DNA of 64,000 bases from a virus (taxonomy: Duplodnaviria; Caudoviricetes). The position numbers and the translations under genes are program-made. Below, one piece after another: positions 31,422 through 40,640 of the stretch; positions within the stretch are counted from its first letter, which is position 1; the number at the start of each line of letters is the position of its first letter. The stretch lies in the IMG/VR virus record IMGVR_UViG_3300032132_000748. One strand, given 5' to 3'. The notes below the pieces were generated by a model. That model searched no databases. It was not told the origin of the DNA and saw only the letters and a list, made by a program, of their open reading frames with translations.

Positions 31422-32014
31422 TGACACAATTTGTTAGAGCAGGTACTTTCACCCCAGCCGAGGTTCTACCTTATATACAGGTAGATCTCGGTAAGGGGTC
31501 AAAAGAACGATTAGCTGATCCGAAGGCGTACAAGTTATATTCTGGAAAAAAAGTCTGGATGGCAAGAAAACGGTATAAAGTTTTTGTAGAAAGTACTGTG
31601 TGCTGTGTTTGCGGGATGGAGGGGGAGTTCTTCGCCCTAGAGCAGCAAAAAGAAAAAAAAGACAATCACATCTGGTTTTTTCATTTATATGGAAAAACTG
31701 AGGATGGCAAAGAAATTCTATTTACCCAAGATCACGCCGTCCCTAAATCCAAAGGTGGTAGTAATAGCTTAGATAACTTACAGACTATGTGCAGCCCTTG
31801 TAATAGCACCAAAGGCGATAACATGCCGACTGAGAACGAAAAAAACGGAGTAAGAAAACAAGGAAAAAAACTACCCGCCGCTTTAAGCGTAAGTCGAAAA
31901 GAAGCAGACTGGGCAAGAAAACATCTAACAAAAATAGCGGATAATGACCCAAATAATGCCCACGCCGCTCGATTAGGGTTAAAGTTCGCTAACCTCTTAT
32001 TGGATTCTAGATGA
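31421..32014 (+). CDS. HNH endonuclease
   Basis: C..CG and TQDHAVPKSKGGSN..DNLQTMC..CN..KG. Confidence 0.88.
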   Translation: MTQFVRAGTFTPAEVLPYIQVDLGKGSKERLADPKAYKLYSGKKVWMARKRYKVFVESTVCCVCGMEGEFFALEQQKEKKDNHIWFFHLYGKTEDGKEILFTQDHAVPKSKGGSNSLDNLQTMCSPCNSTKGDNMPTENEKNGVRKQGKKLPAALSVSRKEADWARKHLTKIADNDPNNAHAARLGLKFANLLLDSR

Positions 32015-32166
32015 ACCGTAGATCAACAGAAGAGATATACTTTCATATTATTATGACCTTCATAACCTTATTTGTTTTTTGGGCTACCTGGGACTACATG
32101 CCTTGGTCTATGAAACTTAGAATTGATACCCTCGAAAATCGAATAACTGAGCTTGAGAATAAGTAG
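32011..32166 (+). CDS. small membrane-anchored coiled-coil protein (not in ORF track)
   Basis: MNRRSTEEIYFHIIMTFITLFVFWATWDY...RIDTLENRITELENK*; ATGA overlap with the HNH stop. Confidence 0.55.
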   Translation: MNRRSTEEIYFHIIMTFITLFVFWATWDYMPWSMKLRIDTLENRITELENK

Positions 32167-32216
32167 TTGATAGTTAGCATGGCTTTTATTATTTGCTAAC
32201 ATATGATAGGTAATCT

Positions 32217-33128
32217 ATGAGCAATATCTATGCAAGTTCATTTATTGATGGACCCGAACTGAACCCAGAAAACTTATTAGAATCTTTTGAAAATTACGCA
32301 GCTAATTTAGAAGAAATGGCTACTAAGTATAAAAAACTCGTTAAGTTCATTCGTACAAAGAAGATTAAAATCTTAGAGGCGCACGGGCACTCTCATGGAG
32401 GGTTTTTCCAGGTGGACGAAATTGATACAAACAGGCTTAAAAAGGCCGGTTTCGTTATTGATTTTGCAGATGAGCTTGAAGATGATGATAATATGCCAAC
32501 GTTTTACGTAGATTCTGAGCTTGAAGAGGAGATGAAGGATATAGCTGAAGAACTTGAAGCAGAATTTGAGTTCGAGGCTGACGAATCTGACGAAGAAATT
32601 CATCCCCACAAAGCTGAAATAGAGGAGACCGAGCTTTTTGCCGGTATCCTAGAACCAGATTTTGAGATACCTAAGATTTTCGAAATGGAGATTAAAGGAA
32701 AACTTGAGGATAAAGATACTTACTTTTCCTTAAAAGATGTTATAGCCGCTTTTAAGGAAGATGATGACCTAAAGGCAGGTCAGATTGGGGTTGAAATTAA
32801 AAATGTTGACGGCGTTAAATTCGATTTTAATCTATCAATTGCAGATTTAAACAGAAATCCAACTCATGTTCAGTTTGACCGAGAAGAGTGTGTATTTAAA
32901 TATCAATGCGGATCTTGCGATTCCTGGCATTTCGAATCCCTAGCCTCTGTGTATAAAAGCCTAAAAACAGCTAATGCTTTATTTAGTAATTTAATGGTTA
33001 TGACTAAAAGCTGTAAAGAAGTTTTAGTAGCTTTTGATTTTGTAGATCATGACTTACGATTGTTGCAATCATTATTACGCTTTGACTACGCTTTAGATGA
33101 CGATGATGATGATGATGATGAAGATTAA
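32217..33128 (+). CDS. highly acidic hypothetical protein
   Basis: Glu/Asp-rich with poly-D tail and one CxxC..H. Confidence 0.65.
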   Translation: MSNIYASSFIDGPELNPENLLESFENYAANLEEMATKYKKLVKFIRTKKIKILEAHGHSHGGFFQVDEIDTNRLKKAGFVIDFADELEDDDNMPTFYVDSELEEEMKDIAEELEAEFEFEADESDEEIHPHKAEIEETELFAGILEPDFEIPKIFEMEIKGKLEDKDTYFSLKDVIAAFKEDDDLKAGQIGVEIKNVDGVKFDFNLSIADLNRNPTHVQFDREECVFKYQCGSCDSWHFESLASVYKSLKTANALFSNLMVMTKSCKEVLVAFDFVDHDLRLLQSLLRFDYALDDDDDDDDED

Positions 33129-33170
33129 GATTAGGTTACTTCGACTTAATTCTAAATGGTATACTTAAGT

Positions 33171-33725
33171 ATGATTTGTAGCAAATGTGGTCACAGCGAT
33201 TCCCTCGCACTATTTACTTCAATCCTGTGCGTCAGCGACGCCTGTGAATTTTATGATGCGAGTTACGCCCTGGAGAAGGGGTATAAGCCCGAAGAAGAGA
33301 AGACACAAATTATCTGTCGTCCTCCAGACGCACTAGAGCTGGCCAGACCTGTCATTACCGTGGCTAATGATCGCTGTGCTAAATCTGGAAATTACTGCGG
33401 AACAGATACCTGGGCTATTGGTTACACCTGCAACTGTGATCCCTGCCAGAAATGGTTTCATTGCGATGACATCTTAACGGATAGATTAAGTTTCAGTAAA
33501 TACACTTACGATTTTGGCAGCACGTTCACTTGGTCAGTAAATGATATCCCCGTATGGCCTGGATCGGCAACCTGGTCATCTGATTGGATTTATTCTTCAG
33601 GCATCTCAGATTATTCGATTGCTCCCTATTACAATAATAATGAACTTGGAGTTACCGTTACCAGTTCAGTAGGAACCCTTGCAACGTTTAACGAATCTGT
33701 TTGCATAACCTTTAACATCATTTAA
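33171..33725 (+). CDS. Cys-rich hypothetical protein
   Basis: Several CxxC/CxC motifs; start ATG 33171 is 5 nt after TGGTATACT. Confidence 0.55.
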   Translation: MICSKCGHSDSLALFTSILCVSDACEFYDASYALEKGYKPEEEKTQIICRPPDALELARPVITVANDRCAKSGNYCGTDTWAIGYTCNCDPCQKWFHCDDILTDRLSFSKYTYDFGSTFTWSVNDIPVWPGSATWSSDWIYSSGISDYSIAPYYNNNELGVTVTSSVGTLATFNESVCITFNII

Positions 33726-33822
33726 CGATGTTGACCCACTCTTGCTAGAGTTATAATATTAGTAGATAAAGATTAAACCCTTGACAGAGGTGATGTAAAT
33801 CATGGCCTTGGTTTAGTTAGAA

Positions 33823-35730
33823 TTGAAGGATATTATGGGTTTATTAGACTACAATGAGGAAGAATCCTCAAAACCTTCTGTTGATTTACAGGAGGTCAAA
33901 AAGAAATTAGAAAGTGCGTCAATTATTGCGTGCGACTTAGAAACCACAGGTCTAGAGCTAGACGAGGATAGAATAACTATCGTCGCATTTGCGGCAGAGA
34001 TAGACGGCAAAGTCGAAGGATGGGCTATTGAAACCAGCGACTACCCTATTGAAACTATTCGTAAAGAGCTATTCGATATTTTCCACGATGAAACTAAAGT
34101 TTGTGTGTATCATAATGCCAACTTCGATATTAAATTTCTAAACAAATACGGAATATATACACACAACCGAATAGCCGATACCATGATTATGGCTTGGCTC
34201 AATGATGAGGATCGTCTTAGACATAGTTTGGGTAAAGATGGAACGGGCGGGGGTAAGCGTGGTTACGGTCTTAAGTGGTGTGCTCTTAAACACCTCAACT
34301 ATAAAATGTCCTCATACGACGAGGCCAGAAGCCTGTTTGGTGATTTTGAAGACTACGCGGCAGATGACGCGGTTCAAACATTAAAGCTGTTTTTTAGTTT
34401 CCGCGAAAAACTACGCAAGCTTAAGTTGATGGATTGGTTCTGGCAAGTTGAGATGCCAACGGTTCAGTGCTTGATCGAAGCTGAAACTCGCGGGGTGATG
34501 CTAGACAAAGCCCAGCTTAAGAAGATCAAAAGAGAGGCTTGGGAAACAGTAGACGGGCTAGAGGCTAGAATTTATGAGCTAGTGGGTTACAAATTCGATA
34601 TTGGCTCTCCCGCACAATGGGCAAAAATCCTCTTCGAGGATATGAAAATTGGTTGGATCAACGAAAAGGTTAATGAATTTACCGAGAGAGGTAAGAGCGG
34701 TCAGTGGTCTACCTCTAACGCTATTCTTAAGGCCGTTGTTCAGAAGGGTATAACTGTTAAGGCAGAAGACCCAAAACGAGCAAGTGATTTAGCTAGAACT
34801 TTATTGGAATTCCGAGAAATCAACACGCGATTGAACGTTTTCATTCGTCCTCTACTAGAACGTTGCCGAACAAACCCATATATTCATCCGCGATTCTTAA
34901 TCACCGGAACAGTGACCGGAAGGTTTGCAAGTCGTAACCCTAACTACCAAAACCTTCCAAGAAAGGGGGGAGTTAGAAAGTCCTTCGTAGCACGTCCCGG
35001 ATATAAGATAGTCAAAGCCGACTACGCACAGGCGGAACTTCGCTTGATGGCTCATATGTCCGGCGATGCTATTATGATCGACATCTACTCAAACGGCGGA
35101 GATATCCACCAAACAACGGCAGATGCCTGTAATGTGACAAGACAAGCAGCCAAGGCCATTAACTTCGGTCTTATTTATCGAATGAGTGCTAAGAGACTAC
35201 AGGCACAACTCGCTTTCCAGGGAATTGAATTCCAGCTAGAAGAATGTTATAAGTTCGTTCAAAGATACTTCCGAAAGTATAGAAAAGTTCGTCACTACCA
35301 TAAGAGAGTCGAGCAGACCGTTATGGATCGGCTTGATAAGAACGGACAGTATGGCTGGGTTAAAACTCTCGGAGGGCGCTACCGTAGACTTGACTCACAC
35401 ATGCTCAGTTCAGTCGAGTATGGCTACACAACAATTACCAAGGCGATAAATACCACCATTCAGGGAGGCGTCAGTGATCTAATTAAGATCGCCATGCGTG
35501 ACACCCAAAATACTTTCAAAAAGAATGGTTGGCTCGACCCAGAAAACGACGTTTGGGATGCTTACATTCAAGGTCAAGTTCATGACGAAATCTTCGTTGA
35601 ATGTAAAGAAGAGATTGCTGAAGAAGTAGCTAAGATCATCTCTTACCATATGGAAAATGCTGGAAGAAAGTATAAGATAAAAGTCCCTATGACAGCCGAG
35701 GCTGAAATAGTGGATAACCTTGCTAAGTAG
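33823..35730 (+). CDS. polA: DNA polymerase family A with 3'-5' exonuclease, no 5' nuclease
   Basis: ExoI DLET, ExoII HNANFD, ExoIII YAADD; TGRFAS.NPN.QN; motif A DYAQAELR, motif B RQAAKAINFGLIY, motif C VHDE. Confidence 0.95.
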   Translation: MKDIMGLLDYNEEESSKPSVDLQEVKKKLESASIIACDLETTGLELDEDRITIVAFAAEIDGKVEGWAIETSDYPIETIRKELFDIFHDETKVCVYHNANFDIKFLNKYGIYTHNRIADTMIMAWLNDEDRLRHSLGKDGTGGGKRGYGLKWCALKHLNYKMSSYDEARSLFGDFEDYAADDAVQTLKLFFSFREKLRKLKLMDWFWQVEMPTVQCLIEAETRGVMLDKAQLKKIKREAWETVDGLEARIYELVGYKFDIGSPAQWAKILFEDMKIGWINEKVNEFTERGKSGQWSTSNAILKAVVQKGITVKAEDPKRASDLARTLLEFREINTRLNVFIRPLLERCRTNPYIHPRFLITGTVTGRFASRNPNYQNLPRKGGVRKSFVARPGYKIVKADYAQAELRLMAHMSGDAIMIDIYSNGGDIHQTTADACNVTRQAAKAINFGLIYRMSAKRLQAQLAFQGIEFQLEECYKFVQRYFRKYRKVRHYHKRVEQTVMDRLDKNGQYGWVKTLGGRYRRLDSHMLSSVEYGYTTITKAINTTIQGGVSDLIKIAMRDTQNTFKKNGWLDPENDVWDAYIQGQVHDEIFVECKEEIAEEVAKIISYHMENAGRKYKIKVPMTAEAEIVDNLAK

Positions 35731-35737
35731 GTGCGGC

Positions 35738-36088
35738 ATGATGCCAAAAATAGGTAACAGTTACAATTTAAGCCTCCCAAAAATCATTAATGATGAAGGG
35801 CTATTAGCAGATCTTGATAACCAAGAACTGTGCCCTACGGATTTAGATCATCAAATCTGGGACTCATCAGTGACCGGAAAACCCGTTAAAGTTTATGACC
35901 TAATGGTAGGATTTCCCGAAGGGAGAGCTTATGCCCTAGTCAATTTTGACGAGCCTTGGCAAACCTTGTCTTCCTTCGATATCATGGTTCCCATACAGTG
36001 GCTATCTGAAATCCCTTCGCCCATCAAATTATGCTCTTGTGATATGGCTGTGATAATAGCCAGAGGATGTCAGTGTGGCGGATCGTAG
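35738..36088 (+). CDS. hypothetical protein with C-terminal CxC-x8-GCxCxG module
   Basis: Ends CSCDMAVIIARGCQCGGS*. Confidence 0.7.
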   Translation: MMPKIGNSYNLSLPKIINDEGLLADLDNQELCPTDLDHQIWDSSVTGKPVKVYDLMVGFPEGRAYALVNFDEPWQTLSSFDIMVPIQWLSEIPSPIKLCSCDMAVIIARGCQCGGS

Positions 36089-36293
36089 AAATGCTGTTAT
36101 AGACTTTAAGGGAACAATATATGCCATATCTAAAGGTGTGGTATACCAATTTATTGAACATGATTGGCTTGTAATAGAAACTCTTCCAGAGGGACTTTTC
36201 GTTAAAAACAAAAATGAATTATGGCTAAAGACACCCTGTAACTGTGACACCAAAGTTCTTTTCGCCAAAGGCTGTCAGTGCAATGGATGTTGA
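36075..36293 (+). CDS. hypothetical protein with C-terminal CxC-x8-GCxCxG module
   Basis: Ends CNCDTKVLFAKGCQCNGC*; GTG start inside the motif of the upstream gene, AGAGGA RBS. Confidence 0.7.
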   Translation: MADRRNAVIDFKGTIYAISKGVVYQFIEHDWLVIETLPEGLFVKNKNELWLKTPCNCDTKVLFAKGCQCNGC

Positions 36294-36395
36294 GACCTAC
36301 TTCTGGTAAACTACATACTCATGTGTAACACAATGAGTCCCATCCCAGACGACTAAATATAGAATCTTCTTACTTGTTAGCAAGAAGGAGATTCT

Positions 36396-36632
36396 ATGTA
36401 CACAGATAAAAACGAATTCAAAAAAATTCTCTGCGAATTTTGCGCAGACCCGGCTAAAATCACAAAGAAAATAAAAGCACCATACTGGCCTTTTGAAACT
36501 ATATCACTGATAGCATATTGTTATGAGTGTTATCAAGAAATAGTAAAAGGCCAGCTACCAAACGTTACTGGTCCGACAACCCAGAGCCGACGAGGGTCTG
36601 GGATCAAAAAAAGAGAACGATTGAAGGATTGA
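36396..36632 (+). CDS. small zinc-finger protein
   Basis: CEFC...CYEC; AAGGAG RBS. Confidence 0.6.
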   Translation: MYTDKNEFKKILCEFCADPAKITKKIKAPYWPFETISLIAYCYECYQEIVKGQLPNVTGPTTQSRRGSGIKKRERLKD

Positions 36633-36661
36633 TCATACTCATCACTATGATATAGTCTAGT

Positions 36662-37147
36662 ATGAGCGATTTTGATTATATCAACGTATGGGGGTCGGAA
36701 CTTCTAGCCTCTTTAAAAGAAGAGATAGTATCTTTCTGGATAGATAACAACGCTATGTCCGAAGGTGACGCTAGACAGCGGATAAGCCAGGTTGGTTTTG
36801 TAGCTAAGCATCGAGAAACTGACAAAGTAGCCGCTGTGCTATCTGTTTTTGAAACACTCAGCCCAAGAATTAAGAAAAACTTTTATGCCTATAGGATTTT
36901 TGTAGGTGAGCAGTTTCGAAAGCAGCACCTGGCAGGAAGAGTACTAAATCTGGCAAATGCTTTTTTCGAGCAACAATTCTTGTTAGGTAAAACCGAGAAT
37001 GTGGGATTACTGATTGTTTCTGAAAACAAACAATTTAATGCTTATAGAAATGAAGCTGTTTGGCCCGCAACTGGATTTACTTTTATAGGGTATACGCCCG
37101 ATGGCAGCCAAATTCGCTTAAAGTATTTTAGAGAAGCTAGAATTTAG
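36662..37147 (+). CDS. GNAT-like acetyltransferase-fold protein
   Basis: R.FV...FRKQHLA motif A-like; GF..IG near the C-terminus. Confidence 0.55.
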   Translation: MSDFDYINVWGSELLASLKEEIVSFWIDNNAMSEGDARQRISQVGFVAKHRETDKVAAVLSVFETLSPRIKKNFYAYRIFVGEQFRKQHLAGRVLNLANAFFEQQFLLGKTENVGLLIVSENKQFNAYRNEAVWPATGFTFIGYTPDGSQIRLKYFREARI

Positions 37148-38967
37148 TCTGACGCGTAGATTTCTACGAACTCAAAGCTGCAGCACCAGTGAATAGTGTT
37201 AGCTGCGGCCCCGGTAACTCTCAGTAATAGATCTGTCCCGGAAGAAGCTAAATCTACTCCCCAGGTCACCGCTGATGATTCGGCTTTTGTAAGGGAAATT
37301 GGGCTTCCTGTTAAAACCAAAGTGCCGTCATCATTGTATGCAATTGCTTGATCAAGAACGAAAGAGACGTTTTCTGTCCCAACAGTTTCACTCCTACCAA
37401 CAACATTGATATGCAAAGAATAAGCTCTGTCGTTTTCTGTGTTAAAAGTAAGGAGAGTCGTTTGGGTTGCGTCAGAGGTGGAGATGTATTTTATTATCTT
37501 ACTGCACTGGGCGCGTCCTGAGCCATCAGATCGGTTTGATCCCCAAGATTTTTGATCATCTCTAGCAGCGTTAGCATAATGACCCTGAGCAAATCCTCGG
37601 GCACCGTCTATTCGACATTCTCGACCCTGAGCAAATCCATAAGCGCCACTTACCACGTTATCTCTGCCTTGGGCAAAACCTCCGCTGACTTCAACAGCAT
37701 TGTCTTCTCCTTGGGCAAAAGCATTAGTAACGTAGTCACTCATACTATTGTCGTCTCCCTGTACTAGAGAGGAGTAAACCCCGTAACCAACGCTGTGATC
37801 ATTTCCTTGAATAAAACAGTAATTTACTGGAGATTCACCAGATTCGCCTATCGAATGTGACGTTCCTTGAATCAAGTTCGCATTACCGCCTTCTAAGTAG
37901 ATGTCAAAAGTATCACCCCCTTGAATTAAGTTGGCATACCCAATCTCACCTATATCAAAAATACTGCCCTGAACAAAGTTCGCAGTTCCTTCTTCATCAA
38001 TATCAATAAATTTACCTTGAATAAAGTTTGCATTATATCCAGTAGAAGTAATATCTGTTCCTTGAACAAAAAAGGAACTTACACTCCCACCAAGGGCAGT
38101 AATATCAATTTCAGCACCCATAGCAAAGGAGTTATCTATGTCTACTCCTAATACTACGTCATCTCCGTGAGCTATACTGTTTTCTCCGGCTACTGTGGGA
38201 GCGGTTGCTCCTTTACCTACGGCAGAGTCCGTCCCAGCAGCGTCAGTAAAGAAGCCAGCACCGCCGCCACCCCCACCACCTCCGGGACCCCCTAAATAGG
38301 AGAAGAAGGAGATACTGCCCGTAGTCCCTACTTCTAGGACCCGGCCTACAATACTAGATATAGTGCCTGCTGTGAGACTTAACATACCGGGAGTATCACT
38401 CAGATAAACACTACCGTTTTGGACAAAGGACGAAGTATCTGCTTCAAAACTCCCCTCAAGGAGAAGGGAGCCTGTTCCATCTATTTCTATATCCTCTTGA
38501 GCAACACCCAATACCACAGCGTTAACTTCAGTTGTCGCGTTTGCCAGAATTACTTCTGGAACCTGCAAGGTAGCGTCAAAACCCGACTGCCTTACAACCA
38601 TTCCTTTTGTAATAATAGACCCAGAATCATTTTTGACCGTAAGTATTTCTCTGTCAGTCAAGTATGAGGTAGATACCTCAAAAGCACTATTTAAGTCATC
38701 GTCACTGGCAAAGAATACCCCAGCTCCCTGTCCGTTGTGATATACAGAGTTTCTCGTATTTACAGGTTTGAGCCGGATAAAAGACAAAGAACCTAGTAAC
38801 GCATGGAACACTGATCCAGTAGAGAGAACTTCGCAAGGCTCTTCGAGAAGCTTACCCAAATTTTCTAGGGATTGCTTCAGAAGAGGTGTTATAGTTTGTT
38901 TTTTGAGAGTAGAGTAGTAAGTTTGATTAGGAATAACAAAATCGCCAGCGGAATAGTTAATAGTCAT
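37144..38967 (-). CDS. tail-fibre/adhesin-like protein with beta-roll repeats
   Basis: N-terminal G..YLS.TPG domain, poly-Gly linker, ~14-aa N(F/L)(I/V)QG / FAQG repeats resembling YadA-head repeats, C-terminal beta domain. Confidence 0.65.
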   Translation of the reverse strand: MTINYSAGDFVIPNQTYYSTLKKQTITPLLKQSLENLGKLLEEPCEVLSTGSVFHALLGSLSFIRLKPVNTRNSVYHNGQGAGVFFASDDDLNSAFEVSTSYLTDREILTVKNDSGSIITKGMVVRQSGFDATLQVPEVILANATTEVNAVVLGVAQEDIEIDGTGSLLLEGSFEADTSSFVQNGSVYLSDTPGMLSLTAGTISSIVGRVLEVGTTGSISFFSYLGGPGGGGGGGGAGFFTDAAGTDSAVGKGATAPTVAGENSIAHGDDVVLGVDIDNSFAMGAEIDITALGGSVSSFFVQGTDITSTGYNANFIQGKFIDIDEEGTANFVQGSIFDIGEIGYANLIQGGDTFDIYLEGGNANLIQGTSHSIGESGESPVNYCFIQGNDHSVGYGVYSSLVQGDDNSMSDYVTNAFAQGEDNAVEVSGGFAQGRDNVVSGAYGFAQGRECRIDGARGFAQGHYANAARDDQKSWGSNRSDGSGRAQCSKIIKYISTSDATQTTLLTFNTENDRAYSLHINVVGRSETVGTENVSFVLDQAIAYNDDGTLVLTGSPISLTKAESSAVTWGVDLASSGTDLLLRVTGAAANTIHWCCSFEFVEIYASD

Positions 38968-39027
38968 GTCGCTATTTTAACAAATAAGCCCCTTGCAATA
39001 TAAAAGTATTATTATACATTGAGGTGA

Positions 39028-39678
39028 ATGACCATAACCTTACTACTCCTCTACAGCTTTCTTTGGTGGCAATTTCTAGTTATCACAACACTTAGCTCCG
39101 GGTATCATCGATATTTTTCTCACCAAAGTTTTGAGGCCCCTACTTGGTATGAATATTTGGTATTACTGCTGGGGCCACTAAGTGGCACAGGCCATGCTAT
39201 AGGGTGGGCCGGAGTGCATCGAATGCATCATGCCCACTCAGATACAGAACAAGATCCCCATAGCCCGATTTTCCAAAATTTTTGGAGAGTCCTAACTTCA
39301 ACGTTTACCGTAGATCATCTACCAAGCAAATACTTTAAAGACCTTTTTAAGAACAAAAGGGTTAAGTTTTTCTACAAATATCATATCCCTATTAGACTAA
39401 TAACCTTTGTGCTAGGTTTCCTACTGTTACCTCTATTTTGGTTTTTAGCACTAATTTGCCTACCCATGTTTTGGGGCCGTTTAAGCTTTGGAGTTGTTAA
39501 TACTATTGGTCACTGGTATGCTGAGCCCCGAGCTTCTTTGCTTGCTAATATTCTTTTAGGGGGTGAGGGAGATCATAAATATCATCATGAAAATCCAGGA
39601 AGCTTTAGAATCTCTAAATACTGGGACCCTGCTGGCTGGTTTATTAGTCTAATACGTTTAAAACCTCCCGTCATTTGA
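39028..39678 (+). CDS. delta-9-type membrane fatty acid desaturase (OLE1/DesC-like)
   Basis: His boxes HRYFSH, HRMHHAHSD..DPHSP and GEG.HKYHH; TM segments. Confidence 0.9.
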   Translation: MTITLLLLYSFLWWQFLVITTLSSGYHRYFSHQSFEAPTWYEYLVLLLGPLSGTGHAIGWAGVHRMHHAHSDTEQDPHSPIFQNFWRVLTSTFTVDHLPSKYFKDLFKNKRVKFFYKYHIPIRLITFVLGFLLLPLFWFLALICLPMFWGRLSFGVVNTIGHWYAEPRASLLANILLGGEGDHKYHHENPGSFRISKYWDPAGWFISLIRLKPPVI

Positions 39679-39690
39679 TACCATCATAGT

Positions 39691-39906
39691 ATGGTCTTAG
39701 GGATTATAGGAGATTGCATGCCACAGCCGTGGGATGCTAGAAAATGCAAATGCCTTTGTCACAAGATACCAAAGATGAAGTTCTTTGAATCCCTGGCAAA
39801 GACATTTACTGAAGGATGTTGTGACTGTGAGAGGTGCAAAACCTGTGGCCGACACTTCAGCAAAAAATTATATGCACATGAGATATGGTGCGGAGCTATT
39901 CAATGA
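39691..39906 (+). CDS. Cys/His-rich small protein
   Basis: CKCLCH and CCDCERCKTC; start 39691 or 39718. Confidence 0.5.
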   Translation: MVLGIIGDCMPQPWDARKCKCLCHKIPKMKFFESLAKTFTEGCCDCERCKTCGRHFSKKLYAHEIWCGAIQ

Positions 39907-40061
39907 TGTTATTTATTTTTGGAACCCTAGTAGGTATGTTTATTTGTTTACTGATCCCCCCTCACGAATTATTTAAGAAACTTGTTGTATTTTCTTTACG
40001 AACTTCTGAGAAGGTCAGTAAAAAGGCAGCAGAATTAGCAGAGAAAGAAAAAAGTGAGTAA
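39903..40061 (+). CDS. small membrane protein (not in ORF track)
   Basis: MMLFIFGTLVGMFICLLIPPHELFKK...EKSE*; ATGA overlap, GGAG RBS. Confidence 0.5.
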   Translation: MMLFIFGTLVGMFICLLIPPHELFKKLVVFSLRTSEKVSKKAAELAEKEKSE

Positions 40062-40608
40062 AAGATGCTGCTCTAGTCCTATTTTAAGCGCAAGGGAGAT
40101 TCTTAAAAGGAATGATCGTCGAACATCAGTTGTTTATTTCTGTGATACATGTAAAACTCAATTTTTCGAACGGGTAAAAATACCCTCCCCACCACACCCA
40201 GAAGCATTACCTGGGAAAGAAGAGGCCGCCGAGAATCCTGTAATTGGAGACGAATGGCAGTGGAAATGCAAAAAAATATCTGTTATTGCAGTCACCAAGA
40301 AAAGCATAACTTGGAGAAAAGATAATAAAAAGGATAAAGGAGCTTGGGTTGTAGAGGGCAGAAATATTTTTAAAAACAGAGCACTTCAAACTTACTCTAG
40401 CCTACTTAAGCGAGGACCGGAAGTCATCCTTAAGTATAAACCTTCAAAACAGGTCCGATTGGAGAAAAAATCGTGGATTACTTGTCAGTGCGGCAAACGT
40501 GGTTTTTCTAGTAAAAAGCAAGTTCGGAACTCTACTCAAAAGCTAAATCACAATTATCGTATTTATAGATGTGAGCTTAGCTATACGTGGCACATCACTA
40601 AAAACTAG
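40054..40608 (+). CDS. basic Cys-containing hypothetical protein
   Basis: CxxC and C-terminal CGKRGF...Y.C....WH.T zinc-finger-like pattern. Confidence 0.55.
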   Translation: MSKRCCSSPILSAREILKRNDRRTSVVYFCDTCKTQFFERVKIPSPPHPEALPGKEEAAENPVIGDEWQWKCKKISVIAVTKKSITWRKDNKKDKGAWVVEGRNIFKNRALQTYSSLLKRGPEVILKYKPSKQVRLEKKSWITCQCGKRGFSSKKQVRNSTQKLNHNYRIYRCELSYTWHITKN

Positions 40609-40640
40609 TTCGAACAAGTGTCTTTAGGTATAATATTTGT

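Noticed and set aside
33097-33125. GAT/GAC trinucleotide runs as tandem repeats
   Set aside because: They simply encode poly-Asp/Glu tracts in acidic proteins
28899-35730. Introns or inteins in nrdA or polA
   Set aside because: Both are contiguous and of normal length; the HNH gene is free-standing after the nrdA stop
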